64,000 bases of DNA from Selaginella moellendorffii (taxonomy: Eukaryota > Plantae > Lycopodiophyta). The stretch's first letter is position 1; each line of letters opens with the position of its first letter. The notes under the pieces are model-generated. The model worked only from the letters and a program-made list of their open reading frames with translations. It did no database searches and was not told the DNA's origin. Below, in pieces: positions 63,368-64,000 of this stretch. The position numbers were made by a program, and so were the translations under genes. The stretch covers positions 813,815 to 877,814 of the forward strand of contig NW_003314333.1 of NCBI RefSeq assembly GCF_000143415.4, read 5' to 3'.

Positions 63368-63654
63368 ATGCTTTATTTCGTTAAAGTGGAACTTTTCATT
63401 ATCCCACTTATGGTGTGTGGCCACATGCCATTTTTATAACAACAATAAAAAATTGAAGTTTTAGCTTTATAATTTATAAATTAAAAACTTTTCATATGAT
63501 TTTGTATTATAATATTGTGAAATATAAAAAATAAATTAAAAAACTGATATAAATATTAATAAATATTAATTAAGTACTAGGAAATGGCATGTGGACACAT
63601 GCTAATTAATGTCCCACTTTACTGAATAAGTTCCACTTTAACAAAATAAAGCAT
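63368..63654. mobile_element. MITE-like element with long terminal inverted repeats
   Basis: atgctttatttcgttaaagtggaactt...ccacatgccattt pairs with aaatggcatgtgg...aagttccactttaacaaaataaagcat; AT-rich non-coding interior. Confidence 0.7.
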
Positions 63655-63839
63655 CAATGCTGACTATTGAATATGTTTGCCTCTATGTAAATATTAGAGC
63701 AACAACAATAAATGAGTAGGGTGTAAATGAATGCTCAAGAGATATTAGACTAATGCAAAAACAAGTATATATAGCTTGGAGTTAGGCTTGATTATTCTGA
63801 TGTCATGTATAGGACAACAAGTCCAATGAGAAAGTCTAT

Positions 63840-64000
<161 letters not shown>

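Overview
Eukaryotic plant genomic DNA with very compact genes, mostly 40-110 bp introns, and a sperm-flagellar gene. This points to a lycophyte such as Selaginella moellendorffii (inference). Positions 1-43.5 kb are gene-dense: ODF3/SHIPPO-like, CPSF73, DUF547, a small Dpy-30-motif gene absent from the ORF track, SYP2, transketolase, two BURP genes, an aromatic amino acid decarboxylase (AADC)-like gene, VDE, BRX-like, GluRS, plastid signal peptidase, Lhca2, DsbA/FrnE-like and an F-box gene. Positions 43.5-64 kb are AT-rich transposon debris. The standout is a tandemly duplicated pair of secreted BURP-domain genes. They carry 17 and 18 exact copies of the peptide GGNAHFGD in a Tyr-free 14-aa register (FGDFKDHGLGGNAH), fused to a BURP domain with an unusually short third CH-CH spacer. 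They are candidate autocatalytic precursors of a new His/Phe modified-peptide (burpitide/PG1beta-type) class. The second copy sits head-to-head with a PLP decarboxylase whose active-site motifs are rewired. Also present are two local duplications with pseudogenised copies, RNA-hairpin candidates and a W-box cluster.
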